Position numbers and translations under genes: made by a program. Positions 36,029-44,998 of a stretch of DNA of 64,000 nucleotides are shown here, piece after piece. How positions within the stretch are numbered: the first letter of the stretch is position 1; the number at the start of each line of letters is the position of its first letter. The DNA is from a virus. The notes under the pieces were generated by a model. The model was not told the DNA's origin. It did not search any database and worked only from the letters and a program-made list of their open reading frames with translations. Location: positions 9,155 through 73,154 of IMG/VR virus record IMGVR_UViG_3300009030_000001. One strand, 5' to 3'.

Positions 36029-36421
36029 ATGACTGACGAAGACCTACAAGTATCCATGGAGGAACATGCCAGGCGCGTGATCCGTCTCGCCCAGGTGTGG
36101 AAGTTCCCGATGGACGCCAAGTTCCACATCGGATCGACGGACCTACTCGGCGCAGGCAATTACCTGGAGCGTCTGGTCAAGTCGACTGTCCAGCAGACGG
36201 CAGGACTGGTCAGGCAGGCACATGCAGCGAAGACGGAGACGGTTGAGACGATCGCGAAGGAACTGGCGGACAGCGCCTACGAAACCACGACATACGATCA
36301 CTTCCAGGAGATGATTGTCGATCGGGACATCTTGGCTCGATTGGATACTGCATTGGCTGCGCCCATCCCGTTAGAATCCAAGCCAGAGGGGCCGGACAGT
36401 TCGCCGGCCGATGAACCATGA
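36029..36421 (+). CDS. hypothetical protein
   Basis: ORF within a co-oriented run. Confidence 0.5.
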   Translation: MTDEDLQVSMEEHARRVIRLAQVWKFPMDAKFHIGSTDLLGAGNYLERLVKSTVQQTAGLVRQAHAAKTETVETIAKELADSAYETTTYDHFQEMIVDRDILARLDTALAAPIPLESKPEGPDSSPADEP

Positions 36422-36834
36422 GACCAACCAGACGAGAGTTCTTGGCGCTGTTCGGCGGCGCGGTAGCGTCCGTGACGGTCCTTCGTAGGATCACCGACGG
36501 CAAGGTTGCCGCGCCGAAGAAGGCTATCCCCGACCCCAATGGAATCGGGCTACACCACCAAGACGGCACCGAAGTCAACGGTGGGGGCTATTCCCGCGTG
36601 TCGCTGCCAAGGGATTGGAAGACCGCGAAGGCCATCACGTTCCCCGTTGCGGAATCGGACTGGGGCGAGGTCTCGTTCATGTCGATCCCGCACGGCTCCG
36701 GCCGCGTCCTGATTCCGATGCTCGGCAGCAACATGGTCGCATGCACGAACCAGATCCGCATCGATGGCATCAACCTGCGCCCCGTACCATGGGAGAACGG
36801 GCAGGAGCGTGTGCTGTGTGGGAGGCGGGTATGA
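36418..36834 (+). CDS. twin-arginine-signal protein with virion-like beta domain
   Basis: TRREFLALFGGAVA; GTEVNGGGYSRV...ITFPVAESDWGEV. Confidence 0.55.
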   Translation: MRPTRREFLALFGGAVASVTVLRRITDGKVAAPKKAIPDPNGIGLHHQDGTEVNGGGYSRVSLPRDWKTAKAITFPVAESDWGEVSFMSIPHGSGRVLIPMLGSNMVACTNQIRIDGINLRPVPWENGQERVLCGRRV

Positions 36835-37118
36835 GCGACGAGCGCGAAGCGACCGAACTACCACCCGGCAAGTTCCGGATCTACCTAGCTATGGAGTCGT
36901 GGGATTACGAAGGCACGACTGTGCACGCGATTTTTGCGACTGCACAGGAAGCGGCGGAACGATGCTACAAGGCTTGGTGCGATGGCGTGTACGGTGATCT
37001 GACGCCGCACTTGGCACCGTCGCCGCACCCGATCGGTGACGACCCGGCGAGGTACGAGATCAAGCACAGAAGTTGTTCGATCTACGTGAAGACATGGACC
37101 GTTGAGCGGGAGTCGTGA
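36831..37118 (+). CDS. hypothetical protein
   Basis: RBS GGAGG; ATGA overlap. Confidence 0.5.
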   Translation: MSDEREATELPPGKFRIYLAMESWDYEGTTVHAIFATAQEAAERCYKAWCDGVYGDLTPHLAPSPHPIGDDPARYEIKHRSCSIYVKTWTVERES

Positions 37119-37122
37119 ACCG

Positions 37123-37323
37123 ATGACCGACGAGCACGAAGCACCGGAATTTTCAGGCGTCACGTCCGCCACTTACCGCGGATGCGGCTGCAAGGAGATC
37201 GAGTTCACGGATGGCCACAAGGTATTCGAACCGTGTCTCGCCTGCGCTCTATACCAAGCCGGTCATGCCCTCCAACAAGCATCGCTGCGGATCCGAGAGC
37301 AGCGGGAACGTGACGCTCTATGA
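37123..37323 (+). CDS. small Cys-containing protein
   Basis: GCGC...PCLAC. Confidence 0.45.
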   Translation: MTDEHEAPEFSGVTSATYRGCGCKEIEFTDGHKVFEPCLACALYQAGHALQQASLRIREQRERDAL

Positions 37324-37329
37324 CGATCC

Positions 37330-37599
37330 ATGGCCGATAAGTCCCCGTACCGAACCCGATGCGACTACTGCGGCGAGCACGTTGGCTACGACAAGCCGTG
37401 GGTGTTGCTGAACCGCTACGGTGTCGGAACTGGCTCGAAACGATGCCTCTCCGAGATCGTCACCGATGGTGAGTACCTGTGGGAAGTAGACGAAGACACC
37501 GGCGACGTCGAAGCTGGCGGCGCCCTACTCTGCTGGCCCCAGTGCCTCCATTCATGGATCGAGGGGAAGATGATCCAAGTCGACGCCGAAGCGCCCTGA
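37330..37599 (+). CDS. small zinc-binding protein
   Basis: CDYCG...LCWPQCL. Confidence 0.5.
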   Translation: MADKSPYRTRCDYCGEHVGYDKPWVLLNRYGVGTGSKRCLSEIVTDGEYLWEVDEDTGDVEAGGALLCWPQCLHSWIEGKMIQVDAEAP

Positions 37600-37652
37600 C
37601 TGGACACGGGGCCCGATTCGTTGTAGGTTCCCATCGTCTGGAACAACCCGAC

Positions 37653-37745
37653 CCGGCTGAGAGGCTGGAAACGAGAACCAAGTGACGAACATGCTGCCCG
37701 CCCTGAGAGGGGCGAACAGGACAGCGGACCTGAGAGGGGTCGCTG
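37653..37745 (+). promoter_or_regulatory. three boxB-like hairpins with C-TGAGA-GG apex
   Basis: CCGGC-TGAGA-GGCTGG; CGCCC-TGAGA-GGGGCG; CAGCGGACC-TGAGA-GGGGTCGCTG. Confidence 0.5.
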
Positions 37746-37746
37746 G

Positions 37747-37983
37747 ATGAGAGAAGACCAAGCACAACGCTACATCGTCGAACTTGACGATGGCGACGGT
37801 CTGTGGTTTCCGATTCACTGCATTGGAGACCACCCTCATGGACTGACGCAGGAACAGGCCAAGGTCCGCGCCCATGGCTACGCTGAAGGCCAAGCTACTG
37901 CGCGCATTGCTCCGGTCATAGGATTCAGGCGAGACAGCGGCGGACGCACCATCGAACCGATCTCGGGAAACGATGTCGTCTGA
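37747..37983 (+). CDS. hypothetical protein
   Basis: ORF overlapping the methyltransferase start. Confidence 0.4.
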   Translation: MREDQAQRYIVELDDGDGLWFPIHCIGDHPHGLTQEQAKVRAHGYAEGQATARIAPVIGFRRDSGGRTIEPISGNDVV

Positions 37984-39208
37984 CAACACGCACATCGTCG
38001 AACAGCTACGGTCGCTGGCGCGGCCCGTGGACGAGTTCACGCTCGATCCCACCAACGCCAGGATCCACGACGAAGACAACCTGGAAGTGATCAGGACTTC
38101 GTTGAAGAAGTACGGCCAGCGGCAGCCGATCGTCGTCCAGAAGGACGGCATGATCGTTCGGGCCGGGAACGCGCGCCTGATCGTCGCCAGGAAGCTGGGG
38201 TGGAAGACCATCGCCGCGGTGGTGATCGACGAGCCTGACCTTGCCGCAACTGCTTACGGCATAATCGATAATCGTAGCAGCGAAATGGCCGAGTGGAGTG
38301 ACGAGACCCTAGCGAAGCTGCTGGCGTCGATTCAGTCCGAGAATCCGGAGATGCTAGAAGCCACCGGATTCGACGAATCGGAGTTGGAAGAATTGCTAGC
38401 CGAGATCGCAGGCGAACCGGACGTGATCCAAGATGACGTCCCGGAACCGCCAGCGGAACCGGTCGCAAAGCTCGGGCAGTTGTGGGCGTTGGGTGATCAT
38501 CGTCTCTTATGTGGTGACTCGACGAAGACGGATGACGTGGAGCGTCTGATGGACGGCGAGAAGGCTCGGATGGTATTCACCGACCCGCCGTACGCGCTAT
38601 TCGGCAACTCGACTGGGGTTGCTGGGATAGTGGACGACAAGATGACGCGTCCGTTCTTCTTGGAGGTATTCAGGCAGAGCCGAGCCTTCACCAAGTTGTT
38701 CGCCCATATCTACGTCTGCTGTGATTGGCACTCGGCGTTTTCGTTGCAAGCAATGGCCCGAGAAGCCGGGCTGACGGAAAAGAACCTTTGCATCTGGGAC
38801 AAGGGGGACGGTGGCATTGGCGCTATGTATCAGCAGTGTTACGAAATGGTTTGGTTTTTCGCTAATTCCCCCATAGCCGCCGGGGCGACCGCCAAGAAAG
38901 CCGTAGGGGAACGAACAATCAACGGCAAGCCGAACATCTGGCGATTTCCCCGCGAGTTGGCGGACAGATCGCACAATGCGCAGAAACCGGTGGAGATGGT
39001 TGCTGGTGCGGTGAGTAACAGCAGCGACCCAAAGGATATAGTACTGGATTTGTTCTTAGGCGGTGGAACCACTCTGATTGCCGCCGAACAACTTGATCGC
39101 ACTTGTTACGCAATGGATCTAGAGCCAAAGTATTGCGACGTCACCATTGCCAGATGGGAGAAGCTGACCGGCCAGAAGGCAGAACTCTTGGAGGAATCCC
39201 ATGCCTAA
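37973..39208 (+). CDS. ParB-N domain fused to N6-A/N4-C DNA methyltransferase (beta class)
   Basis: NARIH...PIVV...AGNARL; HRLLCGDS; TDPPY; H..QKPV; VLDLFLGGGTT; DLEPKYCDV. Confidence 0.92.
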   Translation: MSSDNTHIVEQLRSLARPVDEFTLDPTNARIHDEDNLEVIRTSLKKYGQRQPIVVQKDGMIVRAGNARLIVARKLGWKTIAAVVIDEPDLAATAYGIIDNRSSEMAEWSDETLAKLLASIQSENPEMLEATGFDESELEELLAEIAGEPDVIQDDVPEPPAEPVAKLGQLWALGDHRLLCGDSTKTDDVERLMDGEKARMVFTDPPYALFGNSTGVAGIVDDKMTRPFFLEVFRQSRAFTKLFAHIYVCCDWHSAFSLQAMAREAGLTEKNLCIWDKGDGGIGAMYQQCYEMVWFFANSPIAAGATAKKAVGERTINGKPNIWRFPRELADRSHNAQKPVEMVAGAVSNSSDPKDIVLDLFLGGGTTLIAAEQLDRTCYAMDLEPKYCDVTIARWEKLTGQKAELLEESHA

Positions 39209-39683
39209 CCCACCGCAGGAACGCATGGACGCCTTCCTTCTTCCCGGCAACGATCCGGAACGGTCTGCGGAGCTACCATGGCATGCGGAACTGGAGCGAG
39301 CCGGATTCACCGTGAGGGTCTTCGCTGGCAACCGGACCCGGGACTACTCCAAGGATGGATCGGCCGCGTTCATCTGCTGGAAGGCGGAGCAGATCCGAGA
39401 ACTGGCCAGGATGTTCGACGCCGAGCAGGCACCGAGCAAGCGCGTCGTGATCGTCGCCCTAGACGCATGCCCCATGATCACGGCCGCAGTGCACATGATT
39501 CGAGTCGCAGCAGACCGACGCGACATCCGGTTCATCGCAGTTCACACAACCGACCGAGGGTGCGAGTACGATGGAACCCAACTTCCGTCGAACGTCGCAG
39601 ACGGCAAATTAGTCGGCGACAATCCCGGCTTCGAACCGGTGCAAGCGATCCGCGAAACGATCTTGCCATTCATCGAACGCTGA
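39201..39683 (+). CDS. hypothetical protein
   Basis: RBS GGAGG; 160 aa. Confidence 0.5.
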   Translation: MPNPPQERMDAFLLPGNDPERSAELPWHAELERAGFTVRVFAGNRTRDYSKDGSAAFICWKAEQIRELARMFDAEQAPSKRVVIVALDACPMITAAVHMIRVAADRRDIRFIAVHTTDRGCEYDGTQLPSNVADGKLVGDNPGFEPVQAIRETILPFIER

Positions 39684-39686
39684 CCG

Positions 39687-40304
39687 ATGGCAACCCCACC
39701 AACAGGCAAGCCGGAAGGGCGACCGAGCAAGCGGTCGGAGGAGACGGACACGACCATTCTGGCCAATCTGACCACGTTCGGATGCAACGAACATGCCGCA
39801 TCTACGGCCGGGGTTTCGTCGTCTACGTTCTACAAATGGATGCGCGAAGACCCCGAGTTTTCGCACAGATGCACGATAGCGCGGTCTAAGTTCACGTCTA
39901 CGCAGTTGACTAGGGTAGTGAAGCGATCGATGGAGAAGGCAAACGTGAAGGACAAGGAAGGCAAACCAAGGACAGACAAGGATGGCAAGATCATCGAGCG
40001 GTCAACGGACAAGGCGATTGAAGCCGCCCAGTGGCTGTTGCTACACCTGTCGCCATCGTTCCGAAGACGTCGTCCGAGTGATCCGGTGACCGACATTCTG
40101 GAGTTGCCGAAAGCGATTGATGCGGCAGGATGTCGCGCGGCGATGGATCTCGTCATCCAGGCCGCGTCACGAGGCGAGATCTCGATGTTGGGCGCGAAGG
40201 ACTACGCGGAACTGCTGGACCGTCAAGCGAAACGGATCACCGAGGAGGACTTGCAGGCCCAGATCGACGAATTGCGTGGGTTGATGGGCGATGCTGGCGC
40301 GTAG
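39687..40304 (+). CDS. putative terminase small subunit (HTH)
   Basis: GRPSK...AASTAGVSSSTFYKW...F...AAQWLL pattern; two genes after the ParB-methyltransferase. Confidence 0.6.
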   Translation: MATPPTGKPEGRPSKRSEETDTTILANLTTFGCNEHAASTAGVSSSTFYKWMREDPEFSHRCTIARSKFTSTQLTRVVKRSMEKANVKDKEGKPRTDKDGKIIERSTDKAIEAAQWLLLHLSPSFRRRRPSDPVTDILELPKAIDAAGCRAAMDLVIQAASRGEISMLGAKDYAELLDRQAKRITEEDLQAQIDELRGLMGDAGA

Positions 40305-40490
40305 TGGACCAGATCCGTCGAAACCCGCCGGATTCGCTTGAACAGATGCACATCACCCGTATAGTGCCTTGTGGTCAACCGAGTTGGTGGACGTGAACAG
40401 GAACCTAGAAATCGATGGCAAGTGACAACACGACGGGAGAAGAAGGCTGGGATAGGCACAGCGTTGTGAGATCAACCCCCGGAGACCCCC

Positions 40491-40778
40491 ATGAGTGAGC
40501 GAGATCGGGTTCGTAGAGGGCATCTGGTGACTCGTGAGAATCATCCACTGTGGGGCACCAACGATTTGTGGTGGCACGTAGGCGACTTGCACGTCTACAT
40601 CAAATCCCTACGGGACTCCCTCGCCGCCACTGAGAAGGTGGTGAAGTTTGCAAGGCATCGACCTGAGTGCCCCCTATGGCAGACCACTCGACCGCAGAAC
40701 TTCACTTGCGACTGTGGATACGACGAAGCCCTCGCCGCCCTAGACACCACCCCCAAGGGAGGAGAAGACCATGAGTGA
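40491..40778 (+). CDS. hypothetical protein
   Basis: H..EC.......CDCG motif. Confidence 0.5.
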   Translation: MSERDRVRRGHLVTRENHPLWGTNDLWWHVGDLHVYIKSLRDSLAATEKVVKFARHRPECPLWQTTRPQNFTCDCGYDEALAALDTTPKGGEDHE

Positions 40779-41016
40779 GCGATGGGAAGAGATCAGAGAC
40801 GAGATCAATAACGTCTACATCCCACTGCCAGCGTCCGGGGATACACGCTGGGATCAGCTAGGCATCGCTGCCAAGCGCATCGCTGCCGCTGAGAAGGTGG
40901 TGGAGGCTGCGAGGCCCCTAATGGAGACGGAGGTTGGAGACTACGCCGCGCACCTGACTGCGCTGCTGATTTTGAAGCAAGCCCTAGACAACACACCCAA
41001 GGGAGAAGAGTCGTGA
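40771..41016 (+). CDS. hypothetical protein
   Basis: RBS GGAGGAG; AAEKVVEAAR. Confidence 0.5.
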   Translation: MSERWEEIRDEINNVYIPLPASGDTRWDQLGIAAKRIAAAEKVVEAARPLMETEVGDYAAHLTALLILKQALDNTPKGEES

Positions 41017-41234
41017 CCAGCGTATTGTACTGCACGAAGCACGGCCAAGTATCGCCCACCACGGTTGGAACATGCCCGAACTGTCCCAGTCAGATCGACA
41101 TCACGCCGCTACCGGAACCATCCACACGGCCAAACCAAGGCTGGCTGTGCCCAGCGTGCGGACGAGGCAACGCGCCATTCGTGACGCAGTGCAGTTGTGA
41201 ACCCAAGGGAGTAGGAGAAGACACATGCAACTAG
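41013..41234 (+). CDS. small Cys-rich protein
   Basis: CTKH..CPNC..GWLCPACGRGNAPFVTQCSC. Confidence 0.55.
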   Translation: MTSVLYCTKHGQVSPTTVGTCPNCPSQIDITPLPEPSTRPNQGWLCPACGRGNAPFVTQCSCEPKGVGEDTCN

Positions 41235-41440
41235 CGAATGAATCAGCGGCTATCGCGCTCGACGTTGTGGACCCTGACCCGGAAACGGTGGAAGCCCTCA
41301 ACGCCAAGATTCGACAGTTCTTGGAGCTTGCCGTAGACACGCGAGACCAACACCGGGAAGTGACGTTCCGCCTCGCCTGCGCCCTCGCCGACTTCGCAGA
41401 CGTGTGGGCACCCAAGGGAGTAGGAGGCGAAGGCACATGA
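41225..41440 (+). CDS. hypothetical protein
   Basis: RBS AGGAG. Confidence 0.45.
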   Translation: MQLANESAAIALDVVDPDPETVEALNAKIRQFLELAVDTRDQHREVTFRLACALADFADVWAPKGVGGEGT

Positions 41441-42852
41441 TTGAGAACACACCAGACCCATCGTTCTATCACGAGTCGATCGCGACATGGCTGGCAGCAG
41501 GCGGTGACTTCACCGTGGAGGGGCAGTCGTTCGTGAAGTCGAAACCGGGGATGAGCGAGCGCAACGGCCGACGCGTGTTTGAGCAACACTTTTGGCTGAT
41601 TCAAGAACGCTGGGTGAAGCTCGCCGTGTCGATCCGGCCCACCAGCCCGCTCGCGGACTGCTTCGCGACGATGGGATACGGACACACCGCGACGAGTGCG
41701 CCTGTGTTCATGCGGCGTGGCACGTACATCGGTACAGGCGCAGCCGATGTCTATCTGGACTTCAACGAGGGCATGTGCGTGCATGGCCAAGGCGCATCGT
41801 CTGTCCATTTTACGTTCAACTTTGAAACCGGTAAAACCGGCCCCGTCACCACATCGAAAGACGCAACCAAGAACGTCCCGCATGACGGCAATCAGACCGG
41901 CGGGCACTGGCCGTACATGCAAGTCACGACGCCGTTGGAGACTGGCACGATTGACGACTGGCGCCGACGACTCTACGCGCACGCACGCTACGGCGGACGG
42001 TTCGTACACAAGGACACAGGCATCGTCGTAACCGAGACGGACTGGCCCAAGGCCGTGCTGCAAAACGGCACGCACTTCCACCGCGAGACGAAGACGTGGA
42101 TCAACTACACGCATCCATCAGAACCGTGGCGGGACAAAGGCGACATGCGCACCGCGGACGATCAGCACTTCAGCGTGTACGATGCGCTGTGCGAGGTCTA
42201 CACGGAATACCCATGGGACGAAGGGCTGCGCTGGGAGGTGATCTTCGCAGCGAACCGGTTCCTGTTCCAGATCCCGGGCCATGACAAAGGCACTTACCAG
42301 TGGGATCCGGGGCAGGCCAGAGCGATGGGGCGCATCCCGAAGTTTGCGGCGAAGTGCGTCAAGGCGCTCCTTGCTGCCGGAGAGGATGATCTTGCGAAAC
42401 AGGTAGGGATCCGGTCGGCGCAGCGGCTGAACAATCAGGTCAACGAGTTCCGTGACAACGTCGTCAACGGTCGGACGCCCTGGCCGAACTTCGAGGGGCG
42501 TGGCAAGCACTCGCCGGCCGAGATCGGTATCTGGTGGTGGGGTCTGGATGCGGCGCGGAAGATGTTCGCCGAATACGGCGTCGACTTCCTGGAGGCAGAG
42601 GTGCGCTACATGATGAACGTGATCGCGCGGTTCTGCTTCGACTCGTTCTTCTGGAAGGATGGCCGTCTGGAACTGCCGTACTACGTGCGCACCGACGACA
42701 CCCATCCGCGATCACCATCAGGCGGCAGACACTTCGCTTGGCTCGCGTCACGACACGCCGACGTCCGCACCCTCGACGACGAGACCAAGATGGATGCCAT
42801 GATCGATATGGGGAATGGAATCGAGGCCCGGTTCAAGGGTGATCTGGCGTGA
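41437..42852 (+). CDS. large hypothetical protein (471 aa, aromatic-rich, helical C-terminal half)
   Basis: Long ORF with RBS AGGAGG; no family recognised. Confidence 0.65.
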   Translation: MIENTPDPSFYHESIATWLAAGGDFTVEGQSFVKSKPGMSERNGRRVFEQHFWLIQERWVKLAVSIRPTSPLADCFATMGYGHTATSAPVFMRRGTYIGTGAADVYLDFNEGMCVHGQGASSVHFTFNFETGKTGPVTTSKDATKNVPHDGNQTGGHWPYMQVTTPLETGTIDDWRRRLYAHARYGGRFVHKDTGIVVTETDWPKAVLQNGTHFHRETKTWINYTHPSEPWRDKGDMRTADDQHFSVYDALCEVYTEYPWDEGLRWEVIFAANRFLFQIPGHDKGTYQWDPGQARAMGRIPKFAAKCVKALLAAGEDDLAKQVGIRSAQRLNNQVNEFRDNVVNGRTPWPNFEGRGKHSPAEIGIWWWGLDAARKMFAEYGVDFLEAEVRYMMNVIARFCFDSFFWKDGRLELPYYVRTDDTHPRSPSGGRHFAWLASRHADVRTLDDETKMDAMIDMGNGIEARFKGDLA

Positions 42853-43307
42853 CGGACAGACCGCCGATCAGGCTAATCCTGCCGTACCCGCCGACCATCA
42901 ACACGTACTACCGATTCGCGCCGGGCGATACCCAGCCGAGGATAAGCCCAAAAGGGCGAGCGTACCAAACGCGGATCACGATGCTATGCATGCGGGTGAA
43001 GCCATTCCGAATGGACGAACGCCTGCACATGACGATCGGCGCGTGGGTGCCAGACAAGCGGATGCGAGACATCGACAACATCGAAAAGCCGCTGATCGAT
43101 TCCATGGAGAAGGCTGGCATCTACCCCAATGACGAACAGATCGACGTGCTCTCGATCGATCGGTTGTTCTCTGATCCGATCCGTCCGGGTGTCCGGTTCC
43201 TTGACGGTGAGGTCTATGTGACGATCCGACTGGCCCAGGACATGGAGTTACGAGTGGCCGCGTTCCTCGAAGACTTCGGTTCCATCAAAACCGTCGACTC
43301 GCTCTGA
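42849..43307 (+). CDS. rusA: RusA-family Holliday junction resolvase
   Basis: LPYPPTINTYY; PDKRMRDIDNIEKPLIDSM..AGIYPNDEQID. Confidence 0.9.
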   Translation: MTDRPPIRLILPYPPTINTYYRFAPGDTQPRISPKGRAYQTRITMLCMRVKPFRMDERLHMTIGAWVPDKRMRDIDNIEKPLIDSMEKAGIYPNDEQIDVLSIDRLFSDPIRPGVRFLDGEVYVTIRLAQDMELRVAAFLEDFGSIKTVDSL

Positions 43308-43349
43308 ATTATGTATACGATGGCGGCATTCCAACCACAGGAGCAGAAC

Positions 43350-43454
43350 ATGCCAAGACACATCCCGGCCAGGAAGAAGACGAAGAAGGCCACGAAGAAG
43401 GTGGTGGTTCCCAAGAAGGTGACGAAGAAGAAGGGCGGGCGGCGGAGGCGGTAG
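43350..43454 (+). CDS. 34-aa highly basic peptide
   Basis: RBS CAGGAG; MPRHIPARKKTKKATKKVVVPKKVTKKKGGRRRR; fills a gap between genes. Confidence 0.55.
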   Translation: MPRHIPARKKTKKATKKVVVPKKVTKKKGGRRRR

Positions 43455-43459
43455 GGCGG

Positions 43460-43807
43460 ATGACAACCTGCGTCAATCACGAGTTCGAGAGCGATACGTC
43501 CACGACGTGCATGCATTGCGGCGATAGGTTCCCGCTCGTGAAGCGGAATCCTGGGTATCGAGATCGGTGCGAAGCCCAGATGGTGGCGTGGGTCGACGGT
43601 GATTCACGGCACAACGATATCGACGACGAGTGCTGCCCGGACTTTTCGTGCTGCTCCGAACAGCGGACGCCACGAGATCAGCGGGAAGCGTTCGCTGCTG
43701 CCACTGGCAGGGAACGGGAGATGATGCTGATGACGTTCATGAGTCGAGGAATCGAACTGATGGGACATGGCGGGAAGGTCCACATCGCAGGAAGGGAGGG
43801 CGGATAA
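43460..43807 (+). CDS. Cys-rich hypothetical protein
   Basis: WVDG.S.HN...DECCPDFSCC motif. Confidence 0.6.
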   Translation: MTTCVNHEFESDTSTTCMHCGDRFPLVKRNPGYRDRCEAQMVAWVDGDSRHNDIDDECCPDFSCCSEQRTPRDQREAFAAATGREREMMLMTFMSRGIELMGHGGKVHIAGREGG

Positions 43808-44145
43808 TGCCATATCACTCGTTCAAGATTACGAATCCAAAACCGATGCCGTTCCTCGGCGAACAGTTCATGCCGACGCCCGGTGGCATCCTCGTCCCGA
43901 AGGACTCCGACCTAGCGAAACCAGCGGCTGATCACTTTACGCTTGCCAGTTGGATGGATCCGAAGTACGTGATCGACCCGGCGATGATGAAGGCGCAATT
44001 CAGCACTGGTAGCTACGCATGCGCCAAGGTCCAGCAGGCCGAGATGGACAAGGTCATCGAGAATCCCAAACGGCACACAAGCTCCGAGATTCGCCGGATC
44101 GGTAACTGCGCCGTCGCCGACCTACTCAAGATGAGGCGGTGGTAG
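43807..44145 (+). CDS. hypothetical protein
   Basis: TAATG coupling; RBS GGAGG. Confidence 0.45.
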   Translation: MPYHSFKITNPKPMPFLGEQFMPTPGGILVPKDSDLAKPAADHFTLASWMDPKYVIDPAMMKAQFSTGSYACAKVQQAEMDKVIENPKRHTSSEIRRIGNCAVADLLKMRRW

Positions 44146-44155
44146 GCCCGTCGCC

Positions 44156-44695
44156 ATGAACCGCCGCGCCGTCCTGAAATCTCTGATCAGGTCCGACGAT
44201 GGCAAGCGTCTCGCGCTCGGAGTGCCAACTGATCTGTACGACCATCCACCGCGATGGGAACACATGCGCGGACGCAAGGCGATCGTCTGCCTGATGACCA
44301 GCTACGAACGTCTCATGGCTTCGGATGCACCGTTCAAAATCTCCGGGGTCGAGGGGAACACGATAGTCGTAGCAGCCACGGTCGCCCGCAATCTTCGCGC
44401 TCGTGCACCGTTGCCAACCGAGGCTACGCCACAGCCCACCGATACGATCCGAGTAGCGCCGACTCGTAGAGAAGTCAGTGTGATGGTTTGCGATCCTGTC
44501 GTGTTCGACCTGTCCAGCTTCCTCAAGATCTTTAGATGGAAAGTACCGCTGTCACACTACAGCGTGTCTTGGATGGGAGAAGACGGGTCGATTCAGCACA
44601 TGGCGAGTCCGTTCGGATTCCATCTGGAGACGAGGTACGCGAGTATCACGATGCCATTCACGGAGGGACTGGTCACATTTGCGCCCAATGGCTGA
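44156..44695 (+). CDS. hypothetical protein
   Basis: 179 aa; starts MNRRAVLKS. Confidence 0.45.
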   Translation: MNRRAVLKSLIRSDDGKRLALGVPTDLYDHPPRWEHMRGRKAIVCLMTSYERLMASDAPFKISGVEGNTIVVAATVARNLRARAPLPTEATPQPTDTIRVAPTRREVSVMVCDPVVFDLSSFLKIFRWKVPLSHYSVSWMGEDGSIQHMASPFGFHLETRYASITMPFTEGLVTFAPNG

Positions 44696-44998
44696 CGATC
44701 CAGCATGCTCGAAGTAGTCGACACAACCACCGCAGGATTCGGAGACATCGTGATCATCGACGGTCCGGTCCCTATCCTGCTGATCATCGAGCCGTATCGC
44801 GAGTCACGGCCTGAACTCATGACTCGCCCACGTTTGTTCGGCGTGGCCCCCGTCACCTGGGCGCCGGACCACCGTCGCAGGAAAGGTTGACCCGCGCCGG
44901 GGTGAGCCCGGCTGACTAAGCTCGCGGCGATCTACAACAATCGACCGCTGGCTTGGTTGCAATGGACATCGGCTCGCCCAGGGTGGCGGGCCGACTTG

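Noticed and set aside
41040-41063. Gapped match of pentamer unit GA GG AG GT TC CC AC AC to codons CAC GGC CAA GTA TCG CCC ACC ACG
   Set aside because: 13 of 16 positions match; a rough binomial estimate gives about 0.5 such hits per 128 kb, so it is not significant
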